Below are positions 57,757 through 64,000 of a stretch of 64,000 nt of DNA, in pieces. A program made the position numbers and the translations under genes. This stretch comes from Eledone cirrhosa (lineage: Eukaryota): positions 324,508,001 to 324,572,000 of the forward strand of contig OZ024742.1 of assembly GCA_964016885.1 (NCBI GenBank). Reading direction: 5' to 3'. Positions within the stretch are counted from its first letter, which is position 1, and each line of letters starts with the position of its first letter. The notes under the pieces are model-generated. The model saw only the letters and a list, made by a program, of their open reading frames with translations. It was not told where the DNA came from and made no database searches.

Positions 57757-58885
57757 ACCCGTCTTTTTCCATTCAAATTAGAAGCTATAAACTTAGCGAC
57801 TGTAATGTCAAGTAAAAATATTTTCGAAACAGCGATTATTATTATTATTGAGTTCAGCTCTAATCCAGCCAAACTAATGATCAAATGCGTTCACGACGTA
57901 ACCGCATCGACTCGTCGGGTATATGTAGGACTCCGTTATACAAGGCATGCTTACCTTATCTAGGACACGAAGGACTGATTTTAAATAATATGTTGTTTCT
58001 CTTTCTAGTGAATCTTGCCATCACGTAAATGTATCATCCTTGAATAGAATAGAGAACGAATCAATCGATTATATCCTCGCACACAAATTATTCTTAAATC
58101 AATCAATTATGTCTTTCTCCTACACAAATTACACTTGAGCCTCTTCAAACGAAAGTGATAATTCCTAGAAAATGTCGTAAATGCAATAGCTATTAAATAT
58201 CTTGTAAACCAAAGAGAGGACTAAACGTTTAGATCCGTAATATGTAGTAGTGAATATCGACAGTATCAAGATTGTGTTTCGGATATAACACATATACATA
58301 AAGTTGTATCAACGTATGTATACTAAGTAGTGTCTACTTGTGCAGCATAGCAATTTCAAATCTAGTTTACGCTACTATTTACAGAAAGGAGTGTCAAGTA
58401 GATATACGTAGATTAGAATGGCATGGGAATAGACTTGAATACTAAGTATATTGGTAAAGTAGCCAAATGGATGCACCATATAATTGATGAACAACGGCTA
58501 TAGCAAAGTTATTATAGAAAGGAGGAAAAAGCTTACAATGTGTGAAATGTAGTTGAATTATTGCAGATATCAGACCCAAAGCCGAGAGCAGTTGATAGTT
58601 GAGAACTAAACTGCTATTTCGGTAGAGGATAACAGTGTTAAATATAGAATACATAGTTAGGTTAGCAAATATTTAAGAAAATCCTCGATAAAGGTAACGT
58701 TGAATAAGTAGGTCAGAAATAAAAGGACCTTGAGGTTATGATATTGAAATGGATTATTGAACAATCAGCTTATAGCACGTGCGTTCGTACCCATTAAAAG
58801 CTTTGCGCTATTCTAGGATTTTTTTTCCGGCTAGATATTTTATTCCATACACATCAATTGACCTAGGTGCCAGAAATAAAGAACG

Positions 58886-58967
<82 letters not shown>

Positions 58968-59186
58968 TGAGTGAGTGAGAGGGAGAGATTAAAGCATTCT
59001 CAAATTGGAGAGATATGATTGGATGATTACAACAAAATCCTAGTGCCAGTCTTAAACTGGGCGACAGATTAAGTTTATCACCCAAGTAGGTCACAGATAA
59101 TTTGAACTGAGAACATGTAAAGCTGAAAAAATACCAAAAAGGCATCTCTTTTGATGCTCTAACAAGTCTGCCAACTAATGACTTTG

Positions 59187-59310
59187 GATTGGTAATTTAT
59201 TTTATCGATTCCGAAAGGCTGAGAGGCAAAATCGACTTCGGTGGTGTTTGAACTCAGAGTGCAGAGGGCCGGAACAAATACCGACGCCCTACCGACTCTA
59301 TGAATTCACT
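59187..59310 (-). mobile_element. tRNA-derived SINE (family 2), degraded
   Basis: TTTATTTTATCGATTCCGAAAGGCTGAGAGGCAAAATCGACTTCGGTGGTGTTTGAACTCAGAG. Confidence 0.75.
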
Positions 59311-61392
59311 TCTTTATGTTAATTCGACTGCTGATCTATTCTTTCAAATATTTACCTCTCGTATTCTTAAATCTACAGACTCCCACTTGAAGCATCAATC
59401 ATATTGACATTTTAGTATATGAAATGATAATATAAATAAATTGATAATGTATGGGCTACATCATACACAATTAATGACAAAAGGAGAGAGGGAGAGAGAA
59501 AGACGGAGAGAAAGTTGTTACATGGTTGATGGACACTCGGCAACACAATGTCAGCCAAATCACACTCAAAGTAACCAAAACGTCAGATATTAGTGCTTAA
59601 TCTGATATGAAATCACACTCTAGAGAAGCGATATCGCCCAAAGGTAAACGATTTAAATGTTAGATGGGCGATGAGCAGCTGAACAGAAAATGGTGGCCGA
59701 TTGGAAATGTTGGTGGATGATACATAACATTATATATTATTATATATAAGTATTAAGAAGGTATTTCCACCTATGCTATCCGAAAAAAATATTCAAATGA
59801 GATATGCAAATACCTTGTATAAAAGACAAAACACGGGGCTAAATGGGAATAACGAAGCAGTAACAAACTTTTAACAAACATTCTGGCCATACTTTCGAAT
59901 ATTTACTATACATGTGAATTGGGCGATGACGCCAAAAGGTTAGGAACCTCCCACTCTAGAGTCTTAACCCAGGGACGACACCGTCGATAGCGTAATCCAA
60001 GATACAGTGTATATGAATTAAAACAGTATGTTAGTTTGATAATGGGTCTGCTCTACATGAACTCAATTTAGTCTAAACGAAAACACAAACAACACATATA
60101 GTGACACCAAAAAGAATATCTAGGTGGGCGCATTACTTCCTAGAAATGAAAGGCAAGCACGTTCTATCATTTAAAGATACGTTAGATAATGTAGTTACAA
60201 TTACCAGCTGAGTGGACTGGAGCAACGTGAAATATAGTGTCTTGCTCAAGGATATAGCGACCTTACGATCGTGAGCCGAATACGCTAACCATAAAGCCAC
60301 GCTCCTTTACACACGCACACACACACATATATAAGATCCCGTAAAGGGTGAAAGCAGCGATTCTTTGCTTAAACTTTATTCTATTATTTTAATAAATATA
60401 TATATATTTATATATATATATTTGGTTATTTGTTTTACTTAATAGTCGATGGAATCTATGAATTATGACTAAAATTAACGAACATTGTATCTGCTTATTC
60501 AGCCCATTTCATTTTCATGGGTGTGTGTCCCGTAAATGTGGCGATACTGTTATACAAGAAGTGCAGCCTATCAAGGAACTGCTACCGTTACCCCCTACAT
60601 TGAAATTTGGGTTTTACTATTGTAGACGAGGATATGACGAAACCCCAAATATGTGACTGAATATGTTGATTTGTGGGGAATGTTCTATACATGTGATCTG
60701 CAGCTGGCGAAAGAATGTCATTTAGATGCAATCTTTTAATGACACGTCTTATTAAAACTGTGTACAATGCCATCAGTCGGAAAGGATAAATATAGAAAAA
60801 TATTTCTGTTGTTGTGTATACATTCGTTCCAACGCAACGCAAGGATTATTTAGAGAAAATTTAAAGCATCCACCAAGTGCAAACATCCTGTTATTGTTGG
60901 GTGAGACATAAAACAATCAATATGTAGAGTTCTATAGGTTACCTGTCCGGTCGATTTAATCATTTCTTCCAAACCGAGAAAGAAAATGATTATAGATAAC
61001 TGATGCGAAACCTTAATCTTGCTTAGCTAAATTATATATTTTTATAGTTGTACCTATGATAATCCTTAGAAAATATCTCAGTTGTAATCTCTGAAAGCTT
61101 GGGTCTTTAGTAAATACTGTCTGCACCGCTAGTAGAACGGTACAAATATGCAAGGACATTTTAATTTTCAACACGGAACATAAAGGGTTATTCATATCTA
61201 CATTTCAGTGTTGGGACTTGGTTTCATAGTTTGATACCAACTCCTTCTTTGTAGGAAGAATTTAAATAATTAATTTAAATAATTAATATAGGATAAAGTC
61301 AACATACATATAAATCCGAAGCTGCTCAGTGTTTGTAAAAATGTCCATCCACATCAATAGTTGTCGAGTTTGAAGCAATATCGCCAGGAGAG

Positions 61393-61535
61393 AACAACAA
61401 CAAAAACAATGACGACGACAACAACAACAACGACGACAACAACAACAACAACAACAACGACGACGACGACAACAACAACAACAAAAACAATGACGACGAC
61501 GACAACAACAACAACAACAACGACGACGACGACGA
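61393..61535. repeat. (ACA/ACG)n trinucleotide repeat
   Basis: Compound AAC/GAC run. Confidence 0.95.
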
Positions 61536-63077
61536 TCACCACCACGGCGGCTTATCTAATATGCTAAAGTTTGCAAATATAAAAATGAAAACATTATATA
61601 GATAGCTAAGGGACCTTTTGAGAAACATTTGATATAAACTAACACAGATGTGTCCTCTAGAGGACTAATTAACTTGCTAAAAATACCAGTCAAATCTTCT
61701 TTAACTCACATTCTACAGTTTTAAAAAGAAAGCGACATGTTGGATAATATAGTCCAACATACGCAATGCTTAGTCAAAATAAACTTTAAAGCCTCAGTCA
61801 TGAAGAAATAAATATATAATATTATTACATATATAACTATAAACACATTTAGTTATATAATTGTCTTCATCTCTATTAAATAATGGTATAAACAGATTCT
61901 GCACGGAATTGTCCGTGTAATCCAGAATTAGATATAAATAGCGAAAGATAAATAGATAAATAATAGTTTGATAGAAAGTTTTAATATACATAAAAAAGGT
62001 TATTTCAAAAGTCAATATACTCAATAGTAGATAAACGTATTAAGAGACGACTAGATGTGTAATTAAATATATTTTGTCTGTAACAGTATATTTCCGTGAT
62101 GTAAGAGAAACTACCATCAGGAACGTTAGTTTCAGTCACACAAATAGCTTCAATGTGTCTGCATATAAATAAAACCTTACCAAACGGTGTAGAAATAATT
62201 TGACAAGTCAATGATAAAAATTTTTACCGCACGCTATCATCAATGTCTGATATAACTTACAATTATCACTAATATATTCATACGAGATACAGATATACAG
62301 AGAAAATATTTCCATTTATTTGATTATACGAGGATATTATACAGATTTCTCTGTGGGAATATTGTCACCAGAGAAGAGAAGCTGGAGAAGGCACCAGAAT
62401 GAATCAGAAAAAATAGCAAGAGGTGACAATTCAAATACGGGCAGGTGTGTGACCAGCTGCATGCCAGTGGAGGTGGTCAGTAGAAGATTAGTAGATTGTT
62501 CCCTGAGTAAAGTCTACGAAGCGGAAATGAGCAGGACAAAACAAGGAAACAGCCATGAACCTGCTTTATGTTACTATGTAATTATTTTGTTACCAAACAG
62601 CCTGAAACTACCCCTAATATTTCGATACAGAGCGATTTTGATATAAACGGTATATATTTATCTAAAACCATTAGCTTATTAAGGTATATTCCAGACACCT
62701 GCTTAAATGTGCAAAAGTTAATTATATTAATAAAACTCTGAATATTTCTGATTATTTTCAAAATTGCTTAAAATCATGAGCAGTATCTTTCATACGAAAT
62801 ATGGTAATTAAAGTGTTAAGGAAATTTCTTAGAATTGTAAAACTTTCTATATGGCAGGAAGTTATTTTCGGCAGTTGAGTTTTCCCGATTTCCGTCTGTC
62901 TTTAAGCAGCTATAGTATATAGTACTTAAACTATAATTTGTTAGTGACAAATTGCGATCATCATTTGAAGTAAGCATCATTAATATCGTCTGTTCATTTA
63001 AATCCTATCTTTAATGATATCTTCGATGTTTATTCTCACTCAACAAACATAAGTCAAGCGTTCAATCATATACACAC

Positions 63078-63079
<2 letters not shown>

Positions 63080-63108
<29 letters not shown>

Positions 63109-63178
63109 TGTATGTATGTATGTATGTATGTATGTATGTATGTATGTATGTATGTATGTATGTATGTATGTATGTATG
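63080..63178. repeat. (TATG)n microsatellite
   Basis: Perfect run. Confidence 0.95.
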
Positions 63179-63439
63179 TTCTGGTTTTATAAGTTCACAA
63201 ATTTTTGCCAATAGAGAGAGTCGGTTTCTAACATAGACACACGACTCATTGGAATTTAGACAACATCAACTAGGTTGATATGTATGCATGTCTGCACGCA
63301 TGCATGTACGTGCAGGTATGGATATCATTGTATGTGTGGATGTGGTTGTTTTGAGTTGTATGTGTGCATGTGCATATATTTTGTATCGGTACAAGTGTAT
63401 ATGCAATTATTCGATGCAGGATTTTTGAAATGTTTTACA

Positions 63440-64000
63440 TATTTTTACTGTTCCATTAATGGATTGTACTTGTAATTTCTTAACTAGTCGTGTACTTTCT
63501 ATTTCTGTGAAGCCCAGCTTCTCAAGATTTGTATTGAGGCAGGTTACTAACATATCCCAGTGCCCCAATAATCACAGGCGTTCATCTGAAGGTATAGTCA
63601 AGGTGCAGTATCTGCAGATTTCTATTTAGTTCTGCATAGATATTCTCCTTTTTGCTAATCTTTGATATTATATTGGCATCTGCTGGGCAGCTAACTTCCA
63701 CTACTGTGCATGCCTTCTTTTCCCTGTCCCATATTATATCAGGTCTGTTATGCCTGCATTTTATTGGGGTTTTACTGGAACATTCCATCTGTACTTTTTC
63801 ATATTATGTATATATATGTCTTCCACATTGCTGTAGCTAATGTGTTTATTATCGGAGCTATCTTTTCTACGGATTGCATTGTACAGTGTTTTGGCCACTA
63901 CATCATGCCTCATAGGTAGATAGTACCGCGATGACATCTTTGGACAGCTGATGATGACATGGGTGACATCTTCGATGTTAATTCTGCAGAGTCTGCTCTT
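63440..64000 (-). mobile_element. R4/Dong-like non-LTR retrotransposon 3' region (zinc knuckle + restriction-like endonuclease), runs off the window
   Basis: CRINIEDVTHVIISCPKMSSRYYLPMRHDVVAK, HNRPDIIWD...VEVSCP...KKENIY...IIGALG. Confidence 0.8.

Overview
AT-rich animal genomic DNA, densely packed with microsatellites and transposon relics. The SINE families suggest octopus/cephalopod (inference). I found no supportable host protein-coding exon; most ORFs in the track are (TA)n/(CA)n/(GA)n artefacts. Recognisable elements: three Helitrons, a decayed Tx1/L1-clade LINE, fragments of CRE-, R4/Dong-, RTE- and I-like LINEs, many tRNA-derived SINEs, a 5S rRNA copy, and a Penelope-like element (RT + GIY-YIG) with inverted pseudo-LTRs. 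The main hidden signal is about 28 type I hammerhead ribozyme motifs (by eye; some degenerate) from roughly 13 sequence-unrelated non-coding repeat families. Most sit in inserts inside or abutting (TA)n tracts and show tandem and/or inverted architecture. They include 463-, 451- and ~522-nt tandem units with one hammerhead per unit (retrozyme-like, potential circular RNAs). Compensatory stem changes are visible between copies, stem III is usually a palindrome, stem II is often greatly enlarged, and the 10.1-11.1 pair is often mismatched. All structures were read by eye and none was tested by folding software or database search.
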